Below, one piece after another: positions 40,341 to 50,173 of a stretch of DNA of 64,000 bases (position 1 is its first letter; each line of letters starts with the position of its first letter). The notes beneath the pieces are model-generated. The model ran no database searches and had not been told where the DNA came from. It saw nothing but the letters and a program-made list of their open reading frames with translations. Made by a program: the position numbers and the translations under genes. Source of the stretch: Candidatus Nanohaloarchaea archaeon (GTDB lineage: Archaea > Nanohalarchaeota > Nanosalinia > Nanosalinales > Nanosalinaceae); contig JACOQA010000001.1 of assembly GCA_014297435.1 (NCBI GenBank), positions 32,001 through 96,000 on the forward strand, given 5' to 3'.

Positions 40341-40838
40341 TCAGCAGAAGTTCCCTCCTGAATTGAAGCAGTTCATGGTATCGGACGTTTCATATGTCCC
40401 TGTGATTCTAACAAGTTTAGAGTTTCCATTTGAGGGGAATGGTTCTGTGGTGTTGATCGGAATCATGTTCTTTGGATCTATGTAGACCTGCCCGCTTTTA
40501 GAGTTGAGAAATTCCCATGAGGTAGAATCATCTGACAGAGGTCTTCCCTCAATATAGATGTTCCATAGCCTGTCTCCATTAGGTTGCTGTATTTCTAAAC
40601 TTCTTTCTCCTGTATTTCTTACATTAATAATTATATGTCCTTGAGAGCCTTTGTAGCCGTTCTCTATGTTCATAGAGGATTGGATCTGTCTGCGATCTTC
40701 TGATACCTTGTCTTGTGAATTCTGCTGAACGTTCTCCTGAATGCTCTGTAGAAACACGAAAGCTGAACCTGTAGCTGCAACGCTTATTCCTAGAAGCAGA
40801 ACTGCTCCAATAACAGGGGTTAGTCCTTTTCTATTCAT
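40341..40838 (-). CDS. Archaeal type IV pilin
   Basis: MNRKG|LTPVIGAVLLLGISVAA; C-terminal Cys pair. Confidence 0.88.
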   Translation of the reverse strand: MNRKGLTPVIGAVLLLGISVAATGSAFVFLQSIQENVQQNSQDKVSEDRRQIQSSMNIENGYKGSQGHIIINVRNTGERSLEIQQPNGDRLWNIYIEGRPLSDDSTSWEFLNSKSGQVYIDPKNMIPINTTEPFPSNGNSKLVRITGTYETSDTMNCFNSGGNFC

Positions 40839-41550
40839 CGTTCATTTTGTCAAACTTCTTTCTGAGCTTCCTGATGTTGTCGTTGTTCGAGCCTGAACCC
40901 CTAGAGTTCTGGTTGTTCTGTCTCTGGTTCTGCTGTCGGGAATTCTGATTCTGTTGACCTCTACCTCTCTTCTGTCTTCCTTGACCTCCCTGTTGGTTAC
41001 CTTGATTTCTGTTGACGTTCAGGTCGGGTCCTGAAGATTTGGATCTCTGCTCGTTACCGCCCATCATATTCCCTTTGTTCTTTGAGGTATAGGATCTCTT
41101 GATGCTCTTATTCAATTCTTCTAGGTTAGTAATAACCTGTTCGTTCGACTGTTTGATATCGTCTGCAACACCCTGCATTTCGTTGCCTACCGCCTCAGCA
41201 ACTCTGTTATGTACGTCGTTGATTACTTCTCCTTCTAGATCGGTTTCTGAGGCTTCGTTAAGAAGATCCATGAAAGAATTCATGTTTTCCACCACTTCCT
41301 CCATTCGGTGGGTGAGGTCTTCTACGGAGTTCTTTAGTTCGTGTGTGGACTCGGTCATGTCGTTGACGATCTTCTGGTTTGATTTCATGATATCGAGAAC
41401 GTCTCTTACCAGTTCGTCGTTTCTTCCTCCCTGAGTCTTCTGGGCTTCCATCTCATCGATTCTTCTTTCTAGCTTTCTGATAGGTCCTACGGGAACGACC
41501 TCATAATCGTCCTCTTCTCCTCCACCAAGTTCCACTTCATCATTTGACAT
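40831..41550 (-). CDS. Coiled-coil protein with Q/N/G/R-rich low-complexity tail
   Basis: Heptad region followed by NQGNQQGGQGRQ...QQNQRQNNQNSRG; GGAGG SD; overlaps the pilin start. Confidence 0.75.
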   Translation of the reverse strand: MSNDEVELGGGEEDDYEVVPVGPIRKLERRIDEMEAQKTQGGRNDELVRDVLDIMKSNQKIVNDMTESTHELKNSVEDLTHRMEEVVENMNSFMDLLNEASETDLEGEVINDVHNRVAEAVGNEMQGVADDIKQSNEQVITNLEELNKSIKRSYTSKNKGNMMGGNEQRSKSSGPDLNVNRNQGNQQGGQGRQKRGRGQQNQNSRQQNQRQNNQNSRGSGSNNDNIRKLRKKFDKMNDE

Positions 41551-41804
41551 GCTCTATAATCCTCCGTTATACACCAAAAACTTCCCCGAGCCCGTATTTA
41601 TAACCTGTCCAAAATCAACGAGAAAAGTTGCAAATTTTGAGTAAAAACAATATTTAGTAGGTTAGAATAAGTCCTAACAGCTTATTTGGGTAATTTAGTG
41701 GAGATTCAGAAAAGTGTGAAGTTATCTGTTTCTCAGAAATCAGTTGGTTGAACGTAGGTTAAACTTCTCAATTGGGAAAAAGAATGAATGGAGGAGGGAG
41801 TTTT

Positions 41805-43475
41805 TCACATCATTCCGCCCATTCCTCCCATACCTCCGCCAGGCATTCCGCCTCCAGGACCTCCGGGCGGTCCGCCGGCTTCGTCGTCTCCGCCCATTCC
41901 GGAAGCAGAGATGACATCGTCTATACGGAGAATCATTTCTGATGCTTCTGAAGCGCTCTGAACTGCCTGTGTCTTCGTCTGCTTAGGCTCTACAACGCCT
42001 TGGTCAAACAGCTTCTGGGATTCGCCTGACGTAACATCGATTCCTGCCCAGGTCTCTCCAGCATCATGCTTGTTTCTCAGGTCGACAAGTGTGTCTATTG
42101 GATCGTAACCTGCATTTTCGGCAAGAGTTCTTGGAATTACTTCCATCGCATCTGCAAATGCGTTTATAGCTAGCTGTTCTCTTCCTCCTACTGAGTCTGC
42201 GTAGTCACGAAGTTCCTTTGCAAGTTCAACTTCTGTGGCTCCGCCGCCTCCGACAACTCTTCCGTTTCTAAGTGCGGAGGATACGCCGCCAATCGCATCT
42301 TCCATAGCTCTCTCGATTTCGTCGACAACGTGTTCTGTTCCGCCTCTGATAAGCAGTGATACGGATTTAGCTTCCGGACAGTCGTTGATAAACGTCATGG
42401 CGTCGCCGCCGATACGTTTTTGTTCGACTGTTCCTGCTTTACCTAGATCGCTTTCCTCGATATCTTCGATAGAGGTGACTATGTTTGCGTTGGTTGCCTT
42501 TGCCAGTTTATCCATGTCTGTCGAGCTGACTCGTCTTACGGCAAGGATTCCTTTCTTAGCTAGGTAGTGCTGTGCTATGTCGTCGATTCCTTTCTGGCAG
42601 AGTACGACATTTGCTCCAGATTCTGCGATTGAATTGACCATATCTTTCAACTGGTCTTCTTCCTGTTCGACAAAACTCTGCATCTGTGAAGGATCTGAGA
42701 TGTTGATCTCGGCGTCAGTTTCTGTCTCCTTGACTTCAATTGCGGAGTCTAGGAGCGCAATTTTTGCATCAGAGATGCTATCGGGCATTCCAGAGTGGGT
42801 TTTCTCCTTGTCTAGAATGACTCCTTCTACGAGTTCTGTCTCTTCGATTGAGCCACCTTGGCTCTTCTCTACTTTGATCATGTCTCTGTCAATAACGAAA
42901 CCGTCATCTGTTTCCTCTGCAACATCTTTAACTGCGTCAACAGCTAACTCTCCGAGGTATTCTCGGGAGGCTTCGGCGCTTTTGCCTGTCATCGCAGTCA
43001 TAGCGACCTTTCTCAAGGTTTCGTTATCGCTTAGTTCTACTTCTTCTGCTATATCGTCTAGTACCTGTGTGGATCTCTGCCGAGCCATCCTGTATCCTTT
43101 CGTTATTACGGTTGGATGGATTTCTTGGTCGAGAAGTTCTTCAGCTTGTTTGAGGAGTTCTCCGGCCAGAACTACGGCGGTTGTGGTTCCGTCTCCAACT
43201 TCTTCTTCCTGTGTCTGTGCTACCTCCACCATCATCTTGGCTGCGGGATGGTCGAGATCCATCTCTTCAAGTATTGTTACGCCGTCGTTTGTCACTACTA
43301 GGTCTCCTACGGAATCGACCATCATCTTGTCCATCCCTTTCGGTCCTAGCGTGGTTCTCACGGCTTTTGAAACACTTTTACATGCTGCAATATTGTTTTC
43401 TTGAGCATCTTCTCCTGTTGTTCTTTCCGCGTCTTCAGACATTATGAAAACTGGTTGTCCGCCTAGTCCTGGCAT
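41805..43475 (-). CDS. Thermosome subunit (group II chaperonin)
   Basis: [30 protein letters not shown]-rich tail. Confidence 0.97.
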   Translation of the reverse strand: MPGLGGQPVFIMSEDAERTTGEDAQENNIAACKSVSKAVRTTLGPKGMDKMMVDSVGDLVVTNDGVTILEEMDLDHPAAKMMVEVAQTQEEEVGDGTTTAVVLAGELLKQAEELLDQEIHPTVITKGYRMARQRSTQVLDDIAEEVELSDNETLRKVAMTAMTGKSAEASREYLGELAVDAVKDVAEETDDGFVIDRDMIKVEKSQGGSIEETELVEGVILDKEKTHSGMPDSISDAKIALLDSAIEVKETETDAEINISDPSQMQSFVEQEEDQLKDMVNSIAESGANVVLCQKGIDDIAQHYLAKKGILAVRRVSSTDMDKLAKATNANIVTSIEDIEESDLGKAGTVEQKRIGGDAMTFINDCPEAKSVSLLIRGGTEHVVDEIERAMEDAIGGVSSALRNGRVVGGGGATEVELAKELRDYADSVGGREQLAINAFADAMEVIPRTLAENAGYDPIDTLVDLRNKHDAGETWAGIDVTSGESQKLFDQGVVEPKQTKTQAVQSASEASEMILRIDDVISASGMGGDDEAGGPPGGPGGGMPGGGMGGMGGMM

Positions 43476-43659
43476 AGAAGTTTAATCACCTATTTTTGTT
43501 GATGTATGTTAAAATTTTAAAGATATCTCTAGTTTCAGATTCTAAACTATTCTAGAGATCTATTTTGAAATTTGGTGGTCGGTGATGAAAGGGTTTGATC
43601 TCCTGAAGTTGAAGCTGATCAAGTAATCATTGAATTGCTCAAAGTCCTCAAAGTAATAA

Positions 43660-43680
43660 TATTCTATATAGAAGTTTCTG
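43660..43680 (-). promoter_or_regulatory. Candidate thermosome promoter (TATA within a palindrome)
   Basis: Minus strand CAGAAACTTCTATATAGAAT; TTCTATATAGAA is a perfect palindrome about 190 nt upstream of the start. Confidence 0.35.
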
Positions 43681-43742
43681 ATCGTTAGAGCTGGACTTAA
43701 CGCAAAATATCCTTGCCAAATATTTCTTCTTTATTCCAGGAA

Positions 43743-45599
43743 TTACTCTGTGAATTCAGTAAGCTCCTCTCTTAGTAACTCTGAGATCGTAGCCCCGTCG
43801 GCATCCACCTTCTTTTGTAGTTCTCCCATTAGAGGTCCTTGAGCGCGCATACCTTGTTCCTCCACCATCTCTTGATTATTATCAATAACCTCTCTCACAG
43901 CATCACGTATTTCTTCATCATCTGCTTTACTTTCTCTAACGTCTTCTATTATCTTGGCGGGATTGGCTTGATAATCTTCTATCATCGATTTCAGAACGTC
44001 CTCTACGTCGCCTTTTTTGATATCCTCTGATTCTAGAGCTGAGAAAAGTGCTTCATAATGTCGTTCCTCTAGTTTATCGATCTCAAATCCTTCAGATTCA
44101 ACGCCTGCCTCTATATTGGTAAATATGTTGGCAGCAAGTTTAGAGTCTATTTTGTCCTTGAAATCTTCGAACAGTGCCAGTTTTCTTGACTTCACTATCT
44201 GACTTGCGAGTTCTTCTCCTATTTCTTCTTTGTAAATCTCTCTTCTTTCTTCTAGAGTTTTGGGCAAGTTCTTGTCGATTTCTTCAACCTTTTCGTTCTC
44301 AACTTTGATTGCAGGGATATCGGTTTCCGGATACATTCTCGCTGCGCCAGGTAGAGGTCTTGAATAACTGGTGGTGAAGTCCTGTTCGGCTGCTCTAGTC
44401 TCTTCCGGTACTTCTCCGGAATAAAGCATTTCGGCACGTCTTTTGACTTCTTGAGCGGCGTTCTTCGCCTGTTCTTTAGGTGCAGCTATAATAGCAAGAA
44501 CATCCCCATCCTTTCTATTGAAAACGTCTTCTAGTTCGTTAAACTCTTTTTCCAGACCGTATCCTTCGATGTCTTCGTCTGTATGGATTATGCCTCTAGG
44601 ACCCTGATTTCTGGCGTAGTCCACAAGTTCTTTCGCTACGTATCGATCTCCAGAAATACTCTGTTTCATCTTGTCAGTCATTCCAGGCATTTTTATCGCG
44701 TAAACTGCTCCATCATTCTCTAAAACAGTTGAGACGATCTGGTTTTCTGTATCCTCAAAGATATGGGTTACATTATCTCCTACAACCTCTGCTTGCGGAA
44801 GTTCTTCCCCAAGTTCCACCAGACTTTTCTGTCGTTCAACCTCAAGTTCAATCAACTTGTCAATATTTTTGACGTCCTGGAATCCCTTTATCTCGACTCT
44901 TGAACCCTCTTCTATAGAAACGTTGACGTCCTGTCTGATTGTTCCAAGCCCTCTCCTTGCCTTTCCTGTAGAACGCAGAAGCATACCTATCTTTTCCGCA
45001 ACTTCACGAGCGTGTTCAGCATTTTTGATAGAGGCATCGGTCCCTACCTCAATCAGAGGAACTCCTAGACGGTTCAAGTCATAAACTGCCTTTTCTTGGT
45101 CTCTTTCATGTATTCCTGCTGACTCTTCCTCAAGTTCAATATCATCTATTTTTACTCTGCCTGATTCGGTCTCTAGTTCGCCGTCAAGTCCGATCATTGC
45201 AGTTCTCTGGAAACCGGAGGTGTTTGAGCCGTCGACAACTATCTTTCTCATGACTTGTATCTCGTCAGGTATATCAGCCTCAATCATTCGGGCAAAGGTT
45301 AGAGCTGTGTTGAGAGCTTCCTCATCCATAGAGTGTGGAGGTTCCTCGTCAAGTTCTACCAGGCAGTTGTTCCTCTTATAGTATTTGTAGATAAACTTGG
45401 TGGATTTCTGGGCTTCTTTCTCTGCAGCTTCATCTGATTCTCCGCTTTCACCTTTAACCGCTCTCAAACGCCTTTGCACTCTCGCATCAGCATTTTCGTC
45501 AACTAAATCCACAGGACAGCTGCAGAAAAGTTTCTCTTCTGTATTAAGCTGCTGATGGATTTCAATCCCACATTTAAACCCTAGACCTTTGTAATCCAT
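43743..45599 (-). CDS. gatE: Glu-tRNA(Gln) amidotransferase subunit E
   Basis: GIEIHQQL, DEEPPH, MRKIVVDGSNTSGFQRT, RRGLGTIRQDVN, RPLPGAARMYPETD. Confidence 0.97.
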   Translation of the reverse strand: MDYKGLGFKCGIEIHQQLNTEEKLFCSCPVDLVDENADARVQRRLRAVKGESGESDEAAEKEAQKSTKFIYKYYKRNNCLVELDEEPPHSMDEEALNTALTFARMIEADIPDEIQVMRKIVVDGSNTSGFQRTAMIGLDGELETESGRVKIDDIELEEESAGIHERDQEKAVYDLNRLGVPLIEVGTDASIKNAEHAREVAEKIGMLLRSTGKARRGLGTIRQDVNVSIEEGSRVEIKGFQDVKNIDKLIELEVERQKSLVELGEELPQAEVVGDNVTHIFEDTENQIVSTVLENDGAVYAIKMPGMTDKMKQSISGDRYVAKELVDYARNQGPRGIIHTDEDIEGYGLEKEFNELEDVFNRKDGDVLAIIAAPKEQAKNAAQEVKRRAEMLYSGEVPEETRAAEQDFTTSYSRPLPGAARMYPETDIPAIKVENEKVEEIDKNLPKTLEERREIYKEEIGEELASQIVKSRKLALFEDFKDKIDSKLAANIFTNIEAGVESEGFEIDKLEERHYEALFSALESEDIKKGDVEDVLKSMIEDYQANPAKIIEDVRESKADDEEIRDAVREVIDNNQEMVEEQGMRAQGPLMGELQKKVDADGATISELLREELTEFTE

Positions 45600-46162
45600 T
45601 ATTCTATCACCTCTAAGTGCTCTTCTGCATTCTCTCTATCCTCTATTTCTTTATAAGCCATCAGAATATTGTAAGCATCGCTTACGGCTTCATGGTATTT
45701 TTCTTTGTCTGATTCAAGCAATAAGAGTTCTTTATCCACTTCAAAAACTTTTTCTTCTCTTAAATTTCCATTAAGGGCGTCCCGAATCTTATCCGCAGTC
45801 ATGAAATATTCGTCAGATATACGAGAAGCGATTTCAGCAGTTCTCTCGGCTTCATCCTCGTTCTCAAAAAAGTAAAGGTTTCTGTCTTGATACCATCCTT
45901 TTTTCTCGACTTCGAGGTGTTTAAGGGCTTCTTCAGCCGTAAAGGCAGCTATATCATCTAGAGTGTTGATTACTACTTCCTGATCTGAGACTGAATAGAG
46001 CTCTTCTGAAGATGAGGTATTTATGGCGTCGGTGTTGACCTCATCATCAAGCTCTCTTCTTGCTCTATCCACGACTTCTTTAGGTTCTGTATCGTGTTCT
46101 GAGACGTCAAGTTTTCTGCTCTTTATCCCTGTCAGGGACATGTCAACTTTAGCTTTCGACAA
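45599..46162 (-). CDS. Hypothetical acidic protein
   Basis: 187-aa ORF overlapping its neighbours in the gatD-gatE run. Confidence 0.65.
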   Translation of the reverse strand: MSKAKVDMSLTGIKSRKLDVSEHDTEPKEVVDRARRELDDEVNTDAINTSSSEELYSVSDQEVVINTLDDIAAFTAEEALKHLEVEKKGWYQDRNLYFFENEDEAERTAEIASRISDEYFMTADKIRDALNGNLREEKVFEVDKELLLLESDKEKYHEAVSDAYNILMAYKEIEDRENAEEHLEVIE

Positions 46163-46691
46163 TGTTTTTCACCTTTAATTCCAGTTCTTCTAGACTTATT
46201 CCGTCGTTTTTAATTATTATATCGCTTAAAGCCATAAGTTTTCCTACGCCGTTCTCTATCTCTCTAATGTCGCGCTCTTCGAAGTCATCTCCTTTCTTGT
46301 CTTCTTCTCTCTGCCTCTCCTCACGCCTTTCTTTCCTTGTTTTGCGTGGCGCCCAGGTCGCGACCATCTTTATTTCGGATTCTAACTCGTTCTCGAATCT
46401 TTGTTTTTCGTTCCAACCTCTCATTCCGGTGATAACTATTTTTCCCTGCTCTTCAATCATCTCTTCGAGATAAGGAATCGATAGCTGGGCTATCGCATCT
46501 CCGCCATGCTCATCCCTCATTTCGTTGACGAACTCTCCTGTCTTCTCAGTAGGAATATTTCTTTTATTCATCTCGATCCTGACAACTTCGCCCATATCAA
46601 GGACTGTAAAATCAAGTTGTTCCTTCATTATGTCGGCTACGGTTGTTTTTCCGGATAAGGGCATCCCTGTTACTCCGTATATCTCTGTCAT
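46149..46691 (-). CDS. P-loop nucleotide kinase (dephospho-CoA kinase-like, UPF0200)
   Basis: GVTGMPLSGKTT, DMGEVVR, ITGMRG, RDIREIENGVG. Confidence 0.85.
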   Translation of the reverse strand: MTEIYGVTGMPLSGKTTVADIMKEQLDFTVLDMGEVVRIEMNKRNIPTEKTGEFVNEMRDEHGGDAIAQLSIPYLEEMIEEQGKIVITGMRGWNEKQRFENELESEIKMVATWAPRKTRKERREERQREEDKKGDDFEERDIREIENGVGKLMALSDIIIKNDGISLEELELKVKNIVES

Positions 46692-46897
46692 TCTGCTATC
46701 AGCTCGTCTATTTCATCTCTGATGTCTTTGCAGTAATTGAAAAAATCATCTTCATCATCTACTTTTTCAGGATAGGACTCAAGTTCCCATGGTTCGATTT
46801 CCGGGTAAATATTTCTTTTCTCCTTCAATGTATCGATGTAGAGGTTGGCGAACTCGTAGACTTGGTGCCCCCAGTCGCCCTTTGGTAGTTTAACCAT
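46688..46897 (-). CDS. Small hypothetical protein
   Basis: 69-aa acidic ORF coupled to the gatD stop and to the next start. Confidence 0.55.
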   Translation of the reverse strand: MVKLPKGDWGHQVYEFANLYIDTLKEKRNIYPEIEPWELESYPEKVDDEDDFFNYCKDIRDEIDELIAE

Positions 46898-48188
46898 TAA
46901 ACGTTGACCTCCTGTTGATTTCTCCGTTAATATCGGTTTGGAACAGTTCCTTAGCTTCCTCCATCGACTCTGAGTTAGCTAGGCTCCACATCAATTTCAC
47001 ATAAGCCAATTCGGGATGCATATCTCCCGCCTCAATAATTCCAGCCTCCTGTATCTTAATGCCTGCGCTGTAGACGTTCATGTCTGTTCTGCCGTTAATG
47101 CACTGTGAAGACATCGCTACCAAGGACTGATCTGCAAGTTCTTCGAGCTTGTTCAGAATCTTTTTGTGGTGTGATGTTTTTTCGTCGAATGAGTCAACAG
47201 GCATATGTCCTAAGCCGGTTCCCTCTATAATCACTCCGCCATAATCTTGTTCGATCATGAACTCCAGCTCTTCCGGTTTCATTCCGGGTCGTACCTTCAG
47301 CAGTCCTACGTCGGTGGTAAGATCGAATTGAGGATTGTATTCACTTCTTTTTGTCTCAAAGTTCTTTTGGATTTCATCTTCCTCGTAGTTTACTATTCCC
47401 AGTGGTTCGGAGTTTATAGGTTCAAAAGCATCTCTTTTCGAAGTGTGCATCTTTCTGATCTTAGCTGCGTTCATTATCTTGCAATTTGTGTCGCTAGATG
47501 AGCTGTGCATACAAATCCCCACCCCTTTAAAACCTGTTTCGATCAGGAAGTCTGCTGCACAGTGAAGATTCATTACTGCGTCTGTACTCGGTCTGTCGCT
47601 GCTTCTTTGGGAGCCTACTAAGATCACTCCTGTGTCAATATTGTTTAACATAAGAGAGAGTGCTGCTCCTGTGTAGCTCATGGTGTCTGTTCCGTGTCCA
47701 ACGATTATGCCATCGTATTCATCTTTAACTTCATCGATCTTTCTTGCTATCTCCTGCCAATGCTCTGGCTCCATGTTTTCAGAGAGCATTTGTGCAACTA
47801 GTTCAGAATATATGTTGCACTTTTCTGCTAGCTCGGGATACATCTCTACTAGATCTTCAGGGTCAAAGGCGGGTTTTACGCCACCTTCCTCGTATGATAC
47901 TCTTGAGGCGATAGTTCCTCCGGTGTGAAGTACAAGGATGTCTGGTTTGTCTTCGCTATGAGGCACTTCTGGCTTCTCTACTTCTTTTGATTCTCTCTCC
48001 TCCACTAACTCAATTTCTTCAGGTTCTAGACCAATATTGTAGCCTGAGGCTAATTTGAGAACTATTGAATCTGGATCTCCGCTCTCAGGTTTCGGCATCA
48101 ATCTTCCTTCTCTGCCGTTAACCTTTACGAGATCGCCTTTCTCAATATCTTTTTCTTCAAGAAGATCATGGATTTCGTCTGAGTACAT
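46890..48188 (-). CDS. gatD: Glu-tRNA(Gln) amidotransferase subunit D
   Basis: KLASGYNIG, HTGGTIASR, HGTDTM, GSQRSSDRPS, RKMHTSKRDAF; start taken at ATG 48188. Confidence 0.96.
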   Translation of the reverse strand: MYSDEIHDLLEEKDIEKGDLVKVNGREGRLMPKPESGDPDSIVLKLASGYNIGLEPEEIELVEERESKEVEKPEVPHSEDKPDILVLHTGGTIASRVSYEEGGVKPAFDPEDLVEMYPELAEKCNIYSELVAQMLSENMEPEHWQEIARKIDEVKDEYDGIIVGHGTDTMSYTGAALSLMLNNIDTGVILVGSQRSSDRPSTDAVMNLHCAADFLIETGFKGVGICMHSSSSDTNCKIMNAAKIRKMHTSKRDAFEPINSEPLGIVNYEEDEIQKNFETKRSEYNPQFDLTTDVGLLKVRPGMKPEELEFMIEQDYGGVIIEGTGLGHMPVDSFDEKTSHHKKILNKLEELADQSLVAMSSQCINGRTDMNVYSAGIKIQEAGIIEAGDMHPELAYVKLMWSLANSESMEEAKELFQTDINGEINRRSTFNG

Positions 48189-48290
48189 AAATTTGGTCGG
48201 GCGTTTAAACCTTAATAAATCAACCCGCGACACCAAATTGTAATACGAAAATAGGTAAATCGCAAAAATAATGGTTTTTGTAATACAAAT

Positions 48291-49022
48291 TTATCTGAAG
48301 TTCTGGACATCTATCTTCAGGAAGTCCGCGCCAGTAGGAAGCTGGTAAAGAACATCATACTTGAATCCATAATCGCTTGAAACCGTAGCCTTGATTCTCC
48401 CCGTACCTATGTATTCGCCGAGTTGTTCAGCCTCTGTGTATCCTGTTCCATAACTTGAGCTTGGCTCGGCATTAAGCTTAACGGTTATATTGCCATCAAG
48501 ATTCTTATTAGATCCTTCAGAGCTCTTGAACTCGTAAAGAACGACTAGTTTTGAGGTGTTTATGTTTTGAGGGGAGCCACTAGAACCAACATTCTTAATA
48601 CAAGCCTTAATATGATCATTTTTCATCAAATAACAGGGCGTGCCATCTATTGTGGTCTTATTCACCTTCACATTAGCCGAGGAGCTCAGGATTATGTTCC
48701 CATCTCTTTTCGAAGTTTGGGGGGATATCACGCTTGCGTCCGTACGAAGTTCGTAGATGAGAGATTCTGTATCATTGTTGAAGTATAGATCTCCTCTATC
48801 AAAGCTTACATCCATGGTTCTGGTCGAGCCTTCACCTTCTGAGACCACCTCTTGAACATTTGAGTCTACAGTCTGCATGAAGTTCTGGGCTTTCCTTATG
48901 GAGTTGGCATCCTGCATGTTTTCAAGTGCGGGAGCACCAACTGTAATCGCTCCAGAGATCGCAGTTACCGTAACGCCCACATAGATTGCCATGGTCGCGA
49001 TCTCCGAGACTCCTTTCGACAT
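48291..49022 (-). CDS. Class III signal peptide protein (minor pilin-like)
   Basis: MSKG|VSEIATMAIYVGVTVTAISGAITVGAP. Confidence 0.82.
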   Translation of the reverse strand: MSKGVSEIATMAIYVGVTVTAISGAITVGAPALENMQDANSIRKAQNFMQTVDSNVQEVVSEGEGSTRTMDVSFDRGDLYFNNDTESLIYELRTDASVISPQTSKRDGNIILSSSANVKVNKTTIDGTPCYLMKNDHIKACIKNVGSSGSPQNINTSKLVVLYEFKSSEGSNKNLDGNITVKLNAEPSSSYGTGYTEAEQLGEYIGTGRIKATVSSDYGFKYDVLYQLPTGADFLKIDVQNFR

Positions 49023-49052
49023 AATTAATTGTCATTTTTGCTGTCTTAAATA

Positions 49053-49601
49053 TTAATGGAGCTGACTGTTGATCCAGGTCTCCCCATTATCCCTCATGCG
49101 CGACCATACAAAGATACGGGGATTAGAGAAATTGAACGACTTGTCGATGTCCAGAGAGCTTGCAGTAACCCTTACGTTTGAAACTCCTTCTGGAAGACTA
49201 ATCTCTTTGGATTGTTTTGATTCAAGAGTTAGGTTCGACCATGAGCCATCCAGTTTCACTCCAGGTCGCAACAAAGATTCACCATAGTTTAAAATCATGG
49301 CTTTATCGGCATAGGGCAGCACGGCAAAATCAAATCCTCTATAGTCTATTCCTTTAGTACTGGTCTGTCTCTCTAGAAATCTATGCGTGTTGTAGATTTT
49401 TTTCTCCAAATAAATTACTGAACTATTTTTCTCAAGTCCGCTTCCAAAGGCTTTAGCTGGCTGATCAACCGAATTCGAGAAATAATTTTTGAAATAAGTT
49501 TTTTCTCCGCTTTCGACGAAGTTGCCGAATGAATATACGGTTAGAAGTATGAAGCTTGCAAAAACTATGGCTGAGAGTATGAATATCTGACCTTTCTTCA
49601 C
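49053..49601 (-). CDS. Class III signal peptide protein
   Basis: MKKG|QIFILSAIVFASFILL. Confidence 0.8.
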   Translation of the reverse strand: MKKGQIFILSAIVFASFILLTVYSFGNFVESGEKTYFKNYFSNSVDQPAKAFGSGLEKNSSVIYLEKKIYNTHRFLERQTSTKGIDYRGFDFAVLPYADKAMILNYGESLLRPGVKLDGSWSNLTLESKQSKEISLPEGVSNVRVTASSLDIDKSFNFSNPRIFVWSRMRDNGETWINSQLH

Positions 49602-50173
49602 CTGTAGCTCGCCACCCTTATTTCACGGCTTGAATTTTCAAAGTAGGGGAAGTTGACCGTGTAAACGTTTTCCCTACTAGGAATAGAACCTTCTGTCCAA
49701 TATCTGTTGAACGAAAGGGAAACTTCTCCGTTACCTGTAAGATTTAGCCACCCGTGTGTTGGTTCAGGGTTTTTAGAGTAATAGCCGGTTCTGCTAATAT
49801 TTTCCAAGATTTTCTGTCCGTTAAAGCTTAAATTAAGGTTTTCAGCGTTCTTTATCCATATCTGAATATCGGAATTATCAGAACTATCTAAATGGATCTG
49901 ATCTGGAGAATCTAGTTCGTAATAACTTGAATTCATATGAATAATAGACACTGAAGCATTGAAATTAGCAGGCAAGACTTCTTCAACGTCTTTTTCAATT
50001 TTCTGAGGTTTTAAGTCAAGCCTACCTCTTTCTTGAAGTGTTTCGAGTTTTTCTACCACGCCTGTCATTTCAAAGTCGGGCTGTTGGCTGGTCTGAGGCA
50101 GTACAACCAAGATCATGGTAAGTATGAGTGTTGAAGCTATAACTGCCTCTAAGGTATGTATGAAACCTTTCAC
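49598..50173 (-). CDS. Class III signal peptide protein
   Basis: MKG|FIHTLEAVIASTLILTMILVV. Confidence 0.8.
   Translation of the reverse strand: MKGFIHTLEAVIASTLILTMILVVLPQTSQQPDFEMTGVVEKLETLQERGRLDLKPQKIEKDVEEVLPANFNASVSIIHMNSSYYELDSPDQIHLDSSDNSDIQIWIKNAENLNLSFNGQKILENISRTGYYSKNPEPTHGWLNLTGNGEVSLSFNRYWTEGSIPSRENVYTVNFPYFENSSREIRVASYR

Noticed and set aside
36890-40838. Archaellum operon
   Set aside because: No FlaH/FlaF/FlaG-like genes recognised; two separate platform genes and many minor pilins fit a type IV pilus.
41805-41900. Tandem GGM/GGP-type repeats
   Set aside because: Normal chaperonin C-terminal tail.
42577-43404. Long antisense ORFs (also 4681-5280, 62349-62852 and many others in the track)
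   Set aside because: Ser/Ile/Phe-rich shadows of Glu/Asp-rich sense genes, with no motifs.
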